Below, piece after piece: positions 54,814-64,000 of a stretch of DNA of 64,000 nucleotides (position 1 is its first letter; each line of letters starts with the position of its first letter). Under the pieces are notes generated by a model. It worked only from the letters and a program-made list of their open reading frames with translations, searched no databases and was not told the DNA's origin. Both the position numbers and the translations under genes were made by a program. The DNA comes from Planctomycetota bacterium (GTDB lineage: Bacteria > Planctomycetota > B15-G4 > SIAN01), in contig SIAN01000004.1 in NCBI GenBank assembly GCA_009691715.1, positions 13,101-77,100 on the forward strand. The letters run 5' to 3'.

Positions 54814-56769
54814 TCAGCCACCCTTCCCAGCAGCGATCTTGCTTTCGCGCACGAATCGCTTGTCCCCGCTGCGCACCGTGAGTCCGCTGCCGTCGAAGTG
54901 CTCAAGCAGCGGGATCATGAACTTGCGCGACGTCTTGAGCGCGTCGCGCAGCTCCGGGATCACGACCTCGCCGGCGTGCGCCTTCGCGATCCGGATCAGT
55001 TCGCTGCGCGCGCGTTCGTAGGCGGCCTGCACGAAGAACAGCGGTCCGACCCGCATGACCTCGCCCTCGTCGGCCAGTAGCGCGAGCAGGCTCGCAACTT
55101 TCTTGTGCAGCGCGTGGAGCTTTTCGGCGGCCTCCTCCGCGAGCGGAGGCTGCAGATCGGCGGCCGCGTACAGGGCGCGCAGTTCACCCAACAGTCGCTC
55201 GTCGTCGGCGGAGATGGCGGGCCGATGCGATGTGAGGCGGAGGTGACCGGGCAGCCCCTCCTCGATCACCGCACCGCGCTTGATCAGCAGCTCCCGCGCA
55301 AGCGAAAGCGTCGACTCCGGCAGATCGGCGCTGGCGCGAAGCTCGCGGATCTCGACCAGCTTCTTCAGCGGATGGGCCTTGTGCAGCTTCTTGAGCGCGG
55401 CTTGCACCGCCTCGGTGGCCTCGTCGGCGAACTTCTTCGACAGCAACTGCCCGCGCCCGACGTCGACCAGCGCGCCCGCCGACTGCAGTTCGCGCGCAAG
55501 ACCCTGCGCGTCGGCGAGCGTCAGCGCGACGTCGGTCGCGAGGTCGCGCAGCTCGAAGGGCTCGAATCGGCGCTGCTCGGCGGCGAAGCGCAGCGCCAGC
55601 GACGGGTCCGCCAGCGCCTGCTCGCGCTGCTCGAGCGCCTCGATGTGCCATTCCTTGAGCCGCCGCCGGTGGGTGCGCGCGGCGCCGAACAGAGTTCCGC
55701 CGCCGAGCGTCACCATCGGCGACACCTGGCGCACTAGGAAGCGGTCGCCGGCGCAGGCGACCACCGGTTGCTCGACCTCGATCTGAACGAGGCCCTCCTC
55801 GCCGGGCCGCAGCATCGGCTTGTCGACGATGCGGACGCGCCCGATCACCTCCGAGGTGCCGACGTGGAGCCGGATCGGCGTGCGATGTTCGACGGGCTGC
55901 TCGCGCCCGCCGAGGACGCGCAGACGCGCTTCGAACAGGGTCGCCGCCTGGAAGAAGCCGGGCTCTGCCGCGACCATCCCGCGTGTCAGCTCGCGGTAGT
56001 CGACGTCGGACAGATTGAGAGCGCAGGAGTGGCCCGCGGTCGCGCGCTCGCGCGATTCGCCGTAGGCGTGGATGCCGCGGATGCGCGCCCGCTTGCCAAG
56101 CGGCAGCAGCTCGATCTCGTGTCCGATCTCGACCGTCCCGGAGAGCGGCACGCCGGTGATCACGGTGCCGTGGCCCTTGGCCGAGAAGACGCGCTGGATC
56201 GGCAGGCGGAACAGTCCGTCGGGCGGGCGCGGCCGGACGGCGGCGACGCGGCGTTCGAGCTCCGCCTTCAGCTCGGGGATGCCGGCCCCGGTCACGTTGC
56301 TCACCGGGAGGATCGGCTGGCCGTCGAGGAAGGTGCCGCGGATCAGCGTCTGCACGTCGTCGACGGCAAGCTCGCGCAGGTCGTTGTCGACGAGGTCGAT
56401 CTTGGAGAGGACCACGAATCCGCTCTGCACGCCGAGCAGGCCGAGGATCTCCAAGTGCTCGCGCGTCTGCGGCATCACGCCGTCGTCGGCGGCGATCACC
56501 AACATCACGATGTCGAGCGAGGTGGCGCCCGCCACCATGTTCTTGACGAAGCGCTCGTGGCCGGGCACGTCGATGATCCCGACCAACCGTCCGTCGGCGC
56601 CGCGCATGCGCGCGAAGCCGAGGTCAATGGTCATGCCGCGCTCCTGCTCCTCGGGCAGGCGGTCGGGGTCGATGCCGGTGAGCGTGCGCACCAGGCTCGA
56701 CTTGCCGTGGTCGATGTGGCCGGCGGTGCCGACGATGACGTTGGCGATGCCGGACACGGGCGGCGTCAC
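54814..56769 (-). CDS. selB: Selenocysteine-specific elongation factor
   Basis: [43 protein letters not shown]-terminal [16 protein letters not shown]. Confidence 0.96.
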   Translation of the reverse strand: MTPPVSGIANVIVGTAGHIDHGKSSLVRTLTGIDPDRLPEEQERGMTIDLGFARMRGADGRLVGIIDVPGHERFVKNMVAGATSLDIVMLVIAADDGVMPQTREHLEILGLLGVQSGFVVLSKIDLVDNDLRELAVDDVQTLIRGTFLDGQPILPVSNVTGAGIPELKAELERRVAAVRPRPPDGLFRLPIQRVFSAKGHGTVITGVPLSGTVEIGHEIELLPLGKRARIRGIHAYGESRERATAGHSCALNLSDVDYRELTRGMVAAEPGFFQAATLFEARLRVLGGREQPVEHRTPIRLHVGTSEVIGRVRIVDKPMLRPGEEGLVQIEVEQPVVACAGDRFLVRQVSPMVTLGGGTLFGAARTHRRRLKEWHIEALEQREQALADPSLALRFAAEQRRFEPFELRDLATDVALTLADAQGLARELQSAGALVDVGRGQLLSKKFADEATEAVQAALKKLHKAHPLKKLVEIRELRASADLPESTLSLARELLIKRGAVIEEGLPGHLRLTSHRPAISADDERLLGELRALYAAADLQPPLAEEAAEKLHALHKKVASLLALLADEGEVMRVGPLFFVQAAYERARSELIRIAKAHAGEVVIPELRDALKTSRKFMIPLLEHFDGSGLTVRSGDKRFVRESKIAAGKGG

Positions 56770-57503
56770 CAGCTCGCCGCAGTCGTCTCGGCGAGGTAGA
56801 GGATCCGCTCGCAGCTCCGGCAGAGCACCAGCTCGTTGCCGGTGTGGAGCCGGGCGTAGTCGTTGGCGGTGATGCTCATCGAGCAGCCGCCGCAGATGCG
56901 TGAATCGGCCGGCACCATCGCCTTGCCGTCGCGCACGCGCAGCACACGGTCGTAGACCGACAGCGGCCCCGCCGGGATCGACTTGGCTTGCTCGGCGCGG
57001 TGCTTCGCCCGCTCGGCCAGTTCGGCGCGGTATTCGGCCTCGTCCTTCTTCCACTGGACGAGGTCGACGTCGACCTCCTTCTGCAGCGCGGCGCGCGTCG
57101 ATTGGAGGTCGATCAGTTCGCGCTCGATCGACTCGACCTGCGTCAGGTGCTCGAGAATCCGGTCCTCGATCGCCCGCGTGTCCTTCTTCAGGCGGGTCAC
57201 GTGCTCACCGAACGCCCGAAACTCCTCGTTCGTGCGTGACTGCCCCTGCGCGCCCTGGATCTTCGCGATCTCGGCATCCTTGCCCTTGACCTCGAGCTCG
57301 GCCAGGCCGGCCTGCTTCTTCAGGTCCAGGATCCGGGCCAGCGCCGTGGCGACCCGCGCCTCGCTCTGCCGGAAGCGCTCGCCGCGCCGCTCGAGGATCT
57401 GCGGCATCTCCTGGATGCGCTGCTGGATGCGCCGCGTCTCCTGGTCGACCTTCTGCAGCGCGAGCAACCCCGCCAGAGTCACCTTCAGGTCTGCCGTCGC
57501 CAT
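56766..57503 (-). CDS. Coiled-coil C4 zinc-ribbon protein (CT398/HP0958-like)
   Basis: LLALQKVD start, long coiled coil, CGGCSM...CRSCERILY. Confidence 0.9.
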   Translation of the reverse strand: MATADLKVTLAGLLALQKVDQETRRIQQRIQEMPQILERRGERFRQSEARVATALARILDLKKQAGLAELEVKGKDAEIAKIQGAQGQSRTNEEFRAFGEHVTRLKKDTRAIEDRILEHLTQVESIERELIDLQSTRAALQKEVDVDLVQWKKDEAEYRAELAERAKHRAEQAKSIPAGPLSVYDRVLRVRDGKAMVPADSRICGGCSMSITANDYARLHTGNELVLCRSCERILYLAETTAASW

Positions 57504-57572
57504 CCATCCCTCCGCGCTTCCTGCATGTCCCGTTCGCGTCCGGCCGTCCTGTCGCTGGCGCTCACGGAGGCG

Positions 57573-59240
57573 TCAGCTCGCACCACCTTCGCGCTCGAGG
57601 AATCCCTCGAGTAGGCGGCTGCGGATCGGGTGCTGCAACTTGCGCACGGCCTTCGCCTCAATCTGGCGCACGCGTTCACGCGTGACCTTGAAGATCCGGC
57701 CGACCTCCTCAAGCGTGTAGGTGTACCCGTCGCCGATGCCGTAACGAAGCTTGATGATCTCGCGCTCCCGGAACGACAGGGTCTGCAGCACCGAGGAGAT
57801 GCGGTCCTTCAGCATCTCCTGGCCAGCGCCCTCGACCGGCGACTCGACCGTCTCGTCCTCGATGAAGTCGCCGAAGTAGCTGTCCTCGCCGTCGCCGATC
57901 GGGCGGTCGAGCGAGATCGGATGGCGGGCGATTTTGGTGACGCGCTTGGCCTCTTCGAGCGGCACCTTGGCCTCGCTCGCGACCTCCTCGATCGTCGGCT
58001 CGCGGCCCATCGACTGGACCAGCTTCTTCTGCACGTTCCGCAGCTTGCTCATCGTCTCGATCATGTGGACCGGGATGCGGATGGTCCGCGCCTGGTCGGC
58101 GATCGAGCGGGTGATGGCCTGGCGGATCCACCAGGTGGCGTAGGTCGAGAACTTGTAGCCGCGGCGGTACTCGTACTTCTCAACCGCCTTCATGAGGCCG
58201 GTGTTGCCTTCCTGGATCAGGTCGAGGAAGGAGAGGCCGCGGTTGCGGTACTTCTTCGCAATCGACACGACCAGGCGGAGATTGCCCGACGACAGCGCGC
58301 GCTTGGCGTAGTCGTAGCCCTTGTAACGCGTCTCGATCACGGAGAGGCGGCGCTCGAGACGGTCCGGCGACTCCATCGCGCGGAGCGCCCATGCCTCGTA
58401 GTTGGCCTGCGCCTCCGCGGCGGAGTCGCTCTCACGCGACTTGAGCCGCTTCCACTTCCGCTGCAGCTCGCGTCCCTTCTCCCACTCGTCCTTCAGGATC
58501 TCGATCAGCGGCTTCACCTTCTTCAGCTGGATTTGCAGCTCTTCGAGCAGGCGCGCGCACTTGCGGCGGCGACGCACCATCCGGCGAACCAACGCTTTGC
58601 GCTCCGACGCCGGCACCTCGCCGCGAAGCTGCAGCTCGAGCTCCGACTGGTTCTTCAGGTAGAGCTTGCGCAGCGTGAGCAGGTTTTCCTGGAGCCGCTC
58701 CTGGATTTCGCTCTTCGCCGGCTCGGTGCCGCTGGTCGGAACCTTGAGCGTGCGGTCGAAGGCGAGCTTGCCGTCCTTCACATCCTCGAGGATCTGGATG
58801 CCCTGGCGGATGCCGAAGCCGGCGGCCAGCAGCATGCGTCGGAATGCCGCGCGCGTCTCCTCGATCTGGCGCGCCAAGTTGATCTCCTGGTCGCGCGTGA
58901 GCAGCGGGATCTCGCCCATCTGGGTGAGATACATGCGCACGGGATCATCGATCTTCTCGCTGGTGCCGGTCTTGGCGAGCTTGCGCGGAACCGCCTCCTC
59001 TTCCTCGACTTGGCGGACGCGCCGGGTGTCGTCCTCGATCTCGGACTCGTCGACCAGCTCGATGCCGTTCTCTTCGAGCGTCGACAGGACGTGATCGATG
59101 TTGTCGACCGCATCCTCCGGAAGCTCCTGATTGAGCTCGTCGTAGGTGAGGTAGCCCTTCTTGCGCGCATTGTCGATCAACGCGCGCACGTAAGGGTCCA
59201 TGCGGTCGCGATCGCGGGTCTCAGTCGAGTCCTTGCCCAT
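57573..59240 (-). CDS. rpoD: Primary sigma factor
   Basis: Region 1.1 [58 protein letters not shown]. Confidence 0.97.
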   Translation of the reverse strand: MGKDSTETRDRDRMDPYVRALIDNARKKGYLTYDELNQELPEDAVDNIDHVLSTLEENGIELVDESEIEDDTRRVRQVEEEEAVPRKLAKTGTSEKIDDPVRMYLTQMGEIPLLTRDQEINLARQIEETRAAFRRMLLAAGFGIRQGIQILEDVKDGKLAFDRTLKVPTSGTEPAKSEIQERLQENLLTLRKLYLKNQSELELQLRGEVPASERKALVRRMVRRRRKCARLLEELQIQLKKVKPLIEILKDEWEKGRELQRKWKRLKSRESDSAAEAQANYEAWALRAMESPDRLERRLSVIETRYKGYDYAKRALSSGNLRLVVSIAKKYRNRGLSFLDLIQEGNTGLMKAVEKYEYRRGYKFSTYATWWIRQAITRSIADQARTIRIPVHMIETMSKLRNVQKKLVQSMGREPTIEEVASEAKVPLEEAKRVTKIARHPISLDRPIGDGEDSYFGDFIEDETVESPVEGAGQEMLKDRISSVLQTLSFREREIIKLRYGIGDGYTYTLEEVGRIFKVTRERVRQIEAKAVRKLQHPIRSRLLEGFLEREGGAS

Positions 59241-59308
59241 CCGTTTCCGTTCTCCGTCGGAGCGCACGCGCCCCGTTCTGTTCCGATCTCGAATCTGATT
59301 TCGAGGCT

Positions 59309-61213
59309 CTAGCGAGTGCCGCTGCCCTTGCGCACCTGGTCGTACTGCCGCAGAAATTCCGTCGCGGCGTTCGGATCTCCGGCGCCGATCGCGCTCTTGA
59401 AACGTTCGAGGAGTTCGTCCGCCCGCAACTTGCGACGGCGTTCGCCGAACCAGCGCCACGCCCCGTCGAACAACTCTCCGGGGTCCGCAGAAACGGGTCG
59501 GCTTAACAGATCCGCGAGCGTTTGTTGAGCCTCCGGCTCCGCGACGAGTTTCCCGAGCAGTACCTCTACCAGTGCGCCAGGGTCAGTGACGCTCTCTTCC
59601 ACGAGGCAGTGGAATAGCCGAGCTCTTCGAGGATCACCAAACTCCAGGGGACAATCGTGTTGGCGCGCGGCCGCTCGCAGGGTCGGCTGACGCAGCAGTG
59701 CCGTCAGAACGTCTTCTTCTGCAAGGACTTGCGCCATCGGGAGCAAAACGCCGGCGGTGACGGCGGGCGGAACTTTCCTGTCCAACGAGGCCGGAACCGG
59801 CGGCGAATCGCCCGCGCCGGCACCGACTCCCTGGCGGCGGTCGACCTCAGACCAGGGTGCGCGGCGACCGCCCCCCACCGCGATGGCAGCGTCGAGGTTT
59901 TCCGCTGGCAGATCGAGCGTGCGTGCAAGGTGTTCGATCAGCGCAGTTCGGACCAGCGGGTCGCGCACATCAGCGAACGCGGCACCGACCTTCCGGGCGA
60001 CCGCGATCCGCTCGTCGATTCCGCCACCCCCGCGCGCCGCCTTGCCGCCGGCACGCGCGATCAGGAACTCGATCGCGGCGACGCCTTCCCGCTGCAGCAG
60101 TCCATCAAATCCCTCGCGGGTTGCGCCGCGAGCGAAGAAGTCACCCGGGTCCTTGTCCTCGCGCAACACGAAAACGCGCACATCGATCTTCTCCGCCAGC
60201 AGGATCGGCACGGCGCGTTCGGCGGCACGTTGGCCCGCCTCGTCGCTGTCGAGGAAGAGCACCGCTTTCGGTGCCATCCGACCCAACGCCTTCGCATGCT
60301 CCGGCGTCACGGCGGTGCCGAGTGCCGCGATCGCGGAAGTTAGCCCGCCCTGATGGGCGAGGATCACGTCCATGTAGCCCTCGACCAAGACGACCTGCCC
60401 CTCCTTCAGGATCTGCGGTCGCGCCCGATCGAGTCCGTAGAGCACTCGGCTCTTGCTGAAGAGCAACGTCTCGCGCGAGTTGATGTACTTCGCCTCGCGC
60501 GAGTCGGGCAGGTCGCGCAGACGCCGACTGCCGAAGGCGATGATGCGACCGCGTTCGTCGCGGATCGGGAAGGTCACGCGATCGCGCACCAGCGGCGCGT
60601 CGATCGTCGGTGCGGCTTCGCCGTCGGCGCCGCCGCCTTCCGTGATCGACACGCCGATCCCGGCCGCGACGATGTCCTCGCGCCGATGCCCCGCCTTCAC
60701 CAAACGGTCTGTAATCACGGTCGAGTGGAAGCGGTCGTTCGGGTTCGCCGGCGCGAAGCCGAGCCCGAAGGCCTCGATGATGGCTGGCGTCAGCTTCCGT
60801 CGCACAAGAAGTTCGCGCGCCTCATTCCCAAGCGGGCTGACAAGAGCGCGGCGGAACAGCTCCTGCGCCTCCGCCAGGACCTTCAGCGCACGATCCCGCG
60901 CCTCGCGCGCCACGCCTTCGCCAGAGAGGTCACGTGACAACGTGATCCCGCGCTCTTCCGCGAGCTGGCGCAACGCCTCACCGCGCGAGATGCGCAGGTG
61001 TTCCGACAAGAAGGTGAAGACGTCGCCGCCTTTGCCGCAGCCGAAGCACTTGAAGAAGCTCTGCCCGATCGGGATGCCGAACGACGGCGACTTCTCGGCA
61101 TGGAATGGGCAGCAACCGACCATGCGCGCGCCGGCACGCTTGAGCTCGACGCCGTTGCGCGACACGACGTCGACGAGGTCGACGGACTCGCGGACGCGGG
61201 TGAAGTCATCCAT
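59309..61213 (-). CDS. dnaG: DNA primase
   Basis: [11 protein letters not shown]...[37 protein letters not shown]. Confidence 0.96.
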   Translation of the reverse strand: MDDFTRVRESVDLVDVVSRNGVELKRAGARMVGCCPFHAEKSPSFGIPIGQSFFKCFGCGKGGDVFTFLSEHLRISRGEALRQLAEERGITLSRDLSGEGVAREARDRALKVLAEAQELFRRALVSPLGNEARELLVRRKLTPAIIEAFGLGFAPANPNDRFHSTVITDRLVKAGHRREDIVAAGIGVSITEGGGADGEAAPTIDAPLVRDRVTFPIRDERGRIIAFGSRRLRDLPDSREAKYINSRETLLFSKSRVLYGLDRARPQILKEGQVVLVEGYMDVILAHQGGLTSAIAALGTAVTPEHAKALGRMAPKAVLFLDSDEAGQRAAERAVPILLAEKIDVRVFVLREDKDPGDFFARGATREGFDGLLQREGVAAIEFLIARAGGKAARGGGGIDERIAVARKVGAAFADVRDPLVRTALIEHLARTLDLPAENLDAAIAVGGGRRAPWSEVDRRQGVGAGAGDSPPVPASLDRKVPPAVTAGVLLPMAQVLAEEDVLTALLRQPTLRAAARQHDCPLEFGDPRRARLFHCLVEESVTDPGALVEVLLGKLVAEPEAQQTLADLLSRPVSADPGELFDGAWRWFGERRRKLRADELLERFKSAIGAGDPNAATEFLRQYDQVRKGSGTR

Positions 61214-61225
61214 CCCGGCGGAAGC

Positions 61226-62152
61226 CTATCCGGGCGTGGAAGGCGTGGCGGCGGTCGCTGCCGGGGACGCCGCAGGCGGTACCGCTTTCCCGGCAGCGGC
61301 GAGCGCGTCGGCCAAGGCGAACCAATCGTCGAGCGACAGTTCCTCTGCCCGCCGCTTCAACATCGCGGCGTCGACCATCGAAAGCGCTTCGGCGCCAGCG
61401 ACCTCGAGCAGGCCGTTCCGAAGCGTCTTGCGTCGCGCCTGGAAGGCGGCGCGCACCAGTGGCTCGAGCTGCGGCCGCCGCTGGAGCGCGGCGCTTCGGC
61501 CGGCGTCAGGCACGATCTCGACCACCGCGCTCTCGACCTTGGGCGGTGGCGCGAACGCGCCGGCCGGCACCAGGAACTTTCGTTTCGCGGTCGCGCGGAG
61601 CTGGATCAGGAAGGTCAGCAGACCGACTTCCGGCGATCCAGGGCCGGCGACGATGCGGTCGGCCACCTCGCGCTGCACCATGACGATCATCCGCTCAGGC
61701 GGCAACCCGGCACGGACCATGTCGACGAGCAGTGGAGACGCGACCCCATACGGCAGATTGCTGACGACGATCGGTGCGTTGCTGCTTCGCTCCGACAGGC
61801 GCGCGACGACCTGCGTCGCCGTCGCCATCGCGTCCTCGACCCGCAAGTCGAGCGAGCCGCGCCCCACCAGAGCCAGAGCGGTCGCACGGGCCCACTCTGG
61901 GTCAAGCTCGATGGCGGTCACATGCGCGCCCGCCTCGAGCAAAGCCGCCGTCAGACCCCCTGGCCCCGGCCCGATCTCGACGACGTCGCGACCGCGCAGG
62001 TCGCCCGCCAACGCGACGATCCGGCGCAAGAGCCCTGCGTCGAGGAGGAAGTGCTGGGACATACGCTTTCGCGCCACGAGGGCGCGCGAGCGCAGCGCCG
62101 AGCGCACCGCTGCCAGGTGGCGCTCAAGGAAACCGTCGGCGACCATCTTCAT
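61226..62152 (-). CDS. rsmA: 16S rRNA adenine dimethyltransferase
   Basis: SQHFL, EIGPGPG, SNLPY, MVQREVADR, FAPPPKVESAVV, RRKTLRN, RAEELS; exact start among three nearby ATGs uncertain. Confidence 0.94.
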   Translation of the reverse strand: MKMVADGFLERHLAAVRSALRSRALVARKRMSQHFLLDAGLLRRIVALAGDLRGRDVVEIGPGPGGLTAALLEAGAHVTAIELDPEWARATALALVGRGSLDLRVEDAMATATQVVARLSERSSNAPIVVSNLPYGVASPLLVDMVRAGLPPERMIVMVQREVADRIVAGPGSPEVGLLTFLIQLRATAKRKFLVPAGAFAPPPKVESAVVEIVPDAGRSAALQRRPQLEPLVRAAFQARRKTLRNGLLEVAGAEALSMVDAAMLKRRAEELSLDDWFALADALAAAGKAVPPAASPAATAATPSTPG

Positions 62153-64000
62153 CCCCCCCATCGCGCAGCACCTCTCGGCGCCGCACCGCAAATTCGAAAT
62201 CCTCGACCAGGCGAGCACTCCCCGGTTCGGGCGGCGCGAGCCGCACCAGCCGTCCATCCTGCAGCGACAGCCACGGCTCACCGACGCCATCGCGATCCGC
62301 ATCGAGGACGAGCACGCTGCGGATCGGCGTCCGTTCCAGACCGATGGCATCGACCGGCGCGCCTTCTGCAAATCGCCAAATGCGCGCCACATAAGTCGAC
62401 GGACGGCTCACGACGACAGCGTCATCAGCGACGGCGAAGAGTTCGACGTCGATCGTCGCCTCTCCTCGCGAATCACGTTCGAACACAACCTCGCGTCGCG
62501 TGAGCGACCAGCCGACCCACTTGCCACCGCGCGTTCCAAGCAGCAGGTTGCCGGCGCCCGGATCACACGCGGCGAACGTCGGCGCCTCGTCGAGCGCGAG
62601 CGCTCCAGTGAGCCGTTCCGGAGCTTCCGCCGGGTCGATCCGCCACAGTTGGTTCCCGTCCAGACTGACCAGAAAGGGCGCCGCGATTTGTCCGCCGCAG
62701 ATGGGCGCGACGGCGGTCGCCACCGACTTCCCGGCATGCACCGTCGCCAGCTGACGGGGCGCGTCGATCCGCCCCTCCGCGGCATGGATGAGCCACGGAG
62801 CTCCGCCGCCGTCGTCGAGCACATACGCGTTCGCCAGATCGAGCGGGACGACGTAGCGCTGGGCACCTGCCGCGGTGTCGATCTCGGCGGCTGCGACCTG
62901 TTCGCCGCGTGCGACGAATCGCCAAATGAGCCGCTCCCCACCGTCACAGAGTCGCAGGTCGTCGGCGATCAGCCACTCGTCTCGCGTCGTCAGATCCGGC
63001 GCAAGAAGCTGCGCCGCGACCCACGCGAACGCGGAGCTGGTGCGTTGCACTCCGTCGCGGTCTCCGATCGGCAGCTTGATGTCCAACCGATCGATGGTCA
63101 GCAGCAGGAGTCCGTCCGCGCCGGCGCGCGGCGGCGTGACGTAGCGCTCGCCGGATAGCGTCCGTTGTCCGATCTCGCCGCCGCGACCGAAGCGGACGAC
63201 CCGCGTGAACGGCAGCGGCGCGCGCGCATTTCCTGCGTCCGCATCTGAGTTTGCGGCGTCGAGTTCGCGTGGCAACTGCTGCACGAACCAGACGGCGCCG
63301 TCTGCGCGAGCGTCACTCACCAGATCCGTCGACACGTCGAGCTCGACCGATCCTTCGGGCGCCGGTGCGATGGTTGCGCGGCCACTCGCGAGGTCGACCA
63401 GCGCGATCTCACCGCGAGGGCCGACGACCCACGCGCTGTCGCCGCCGTCCGGCGCCGTCAACCAAGGCGAACGCGCCGTCTCCGTCGCGAACGGCAACCC
63501 GATCGTGCGCGTCGGCGTGCCGTCACGGCCATCGAGGAATCGAAGCTTTCCGGGTTCGCACACCACCAGCGCCTTGCCCCCAGGAGCCACGCGGACATCG
63601 CCGCGAAATCCATCGCCTTCGCCGCTCGCGAGCGTCCGCGTCACCGCGATTCGCCGCTCGAACGCGCGCGTGCGCAGACGCGCCAGCATCCGATTGTCGT
63701 CGGAATCCGACTCATCGACTGCGACCAATTCGTGGAGCGCCGTCGCTCGCGCGTCTCCGACCAACGACTCGACGCGTCCGGCCGCGGCTTCGAGCACGGC
63801 GCGAGCGTCCCTAATCACGCAGCGGAACCCGACGTCGCTGCGCCGCAGTTCGGGCGACAGACGATCCAGCCACGGATCGAGACGATCCTCGAAGGCGTCT
63901 GGACGTGTGGAGACGGCCGTGGCGAAGCGGGAGTTCTCGTCGCTGTCCGCGGCGACGCAATGGCGTAGGAACGACCCGCCGAGCAGGAAGCGCGTTTCGG
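62124..64000 (-). CDS. 5'-truncated protein: end of an FGE-sulfatase (SUMF1-like) domain followed by a beta-propeller-like region
   Basis: Frame is open to the window edge; upstream of the listed ORF it reads RFLLGGSF...RRSDVGFRCV; downstream beta-rich repeats and LDADRDGVGE (FG-GAP-like). Confidence 0.65.
   Translation of the reverse strand, partial: ETRFLLGGSFLRHCVAADSDENSRFATAVSTRPDAFEDRLDPWLDRLSPELRRSDVGFRCVIRDARAVLEAAAGRVESLVGDARATALHELVAVDESDSDDNRMLARLRTRAFERRIAVTRTLASGEGDGFRGDVRVAPGGKALVVCEPGKLRFLDGRDGTPTRTIGLPFATETARSPWLTAPDGGDSAWVVGPRGEIALVDLASGRATIAPAPEGSVELDVSTDLVSDARADGAVWFVQQLPRELDAANSDADAGNARAPLPFTRVVRFGRGGEIGQRTLSGERYVTPPRAGADGLLLLTIDRLDIKLPIGDRDGVQRTSSAFAWVAAQLLAPDLTTRDEWLIADDLRLCDGGERLIWRFVARGEQVAAAEIDTAAGAQRYVVPLDLANAYVLDDGGGAPWLIHAAEGRIDAPRQLATVHAGKSVATAVAPICGGQIAAPFLVSLDGNQLWRIDPAEAPERLTGALALDEAPTFAACDPGAGNLLLGTRGGKWVGWSLTRREVVFERDSRGEATIDVELFAVADDAVVVSRPSTYVARIWRFAEGAPVDAIGLERTPIRSVLVLDADRDGVGEPWLSLQDGRLVRLAPPEPGSARLVEDFEFAVRRREVLRDGGDEDGRRRFP

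Overview
High-GC bacterial chromosomal window, densely coding. The gene repertoire suggests Planctomycetota, but this is inference only. Most ORFs in the six-frame track are antisense or off-frame shadows; about 53 credible CDS and one tRNA-Pro(CGG) were kept. Housekeeping content: an Mla-like ABC module, RdgC-like protein, DJ-1, RecQ, ferredoxin, orphan groEL with a frameshifted hsp20, and an rsmA-dnaG-rpoD-zinc ribbon-selB operon. Three accessory modules stand out. (1) 29.2-37.1 kb: a prolyl adenylation domain, carrier protein and prolyl-PCP dehydrogenase-like trio (pyrrole-2-carboxylate logic) joined to an MBOAT, SGNH protein, Wzx flippase and sulfotransferase instead of a PKS/NRPS, suggesting pyrrolyl or pyrrolinyl acylation of a surface glycan. 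(2) 12-24 kb: a sat/cysC locus with three Ser-nucleophile alkaline-phosphatase-superfamily enzymes, an EMC3/DUF106-like membrane protein, and a C-terminal LxxLGY-type tag shared by four otherwise mostly unrelated proteins. (3) 47.8-51.1 kb: a B12 radical SAM enzyme with an RRE-like C-terminus followed by two short peptides sharing a leader-like motif, upstream of a lipid-linked glycosylation operon. Non-coding findings: a 158-bp MITE with 15-bp TIRs and a TCA duplication, a ~190-nt structured RNA candidate, and a 4x11-bp operator-like repeat. All calls come from reading motifs by eye; no database search was run and some start codons are best estimates.
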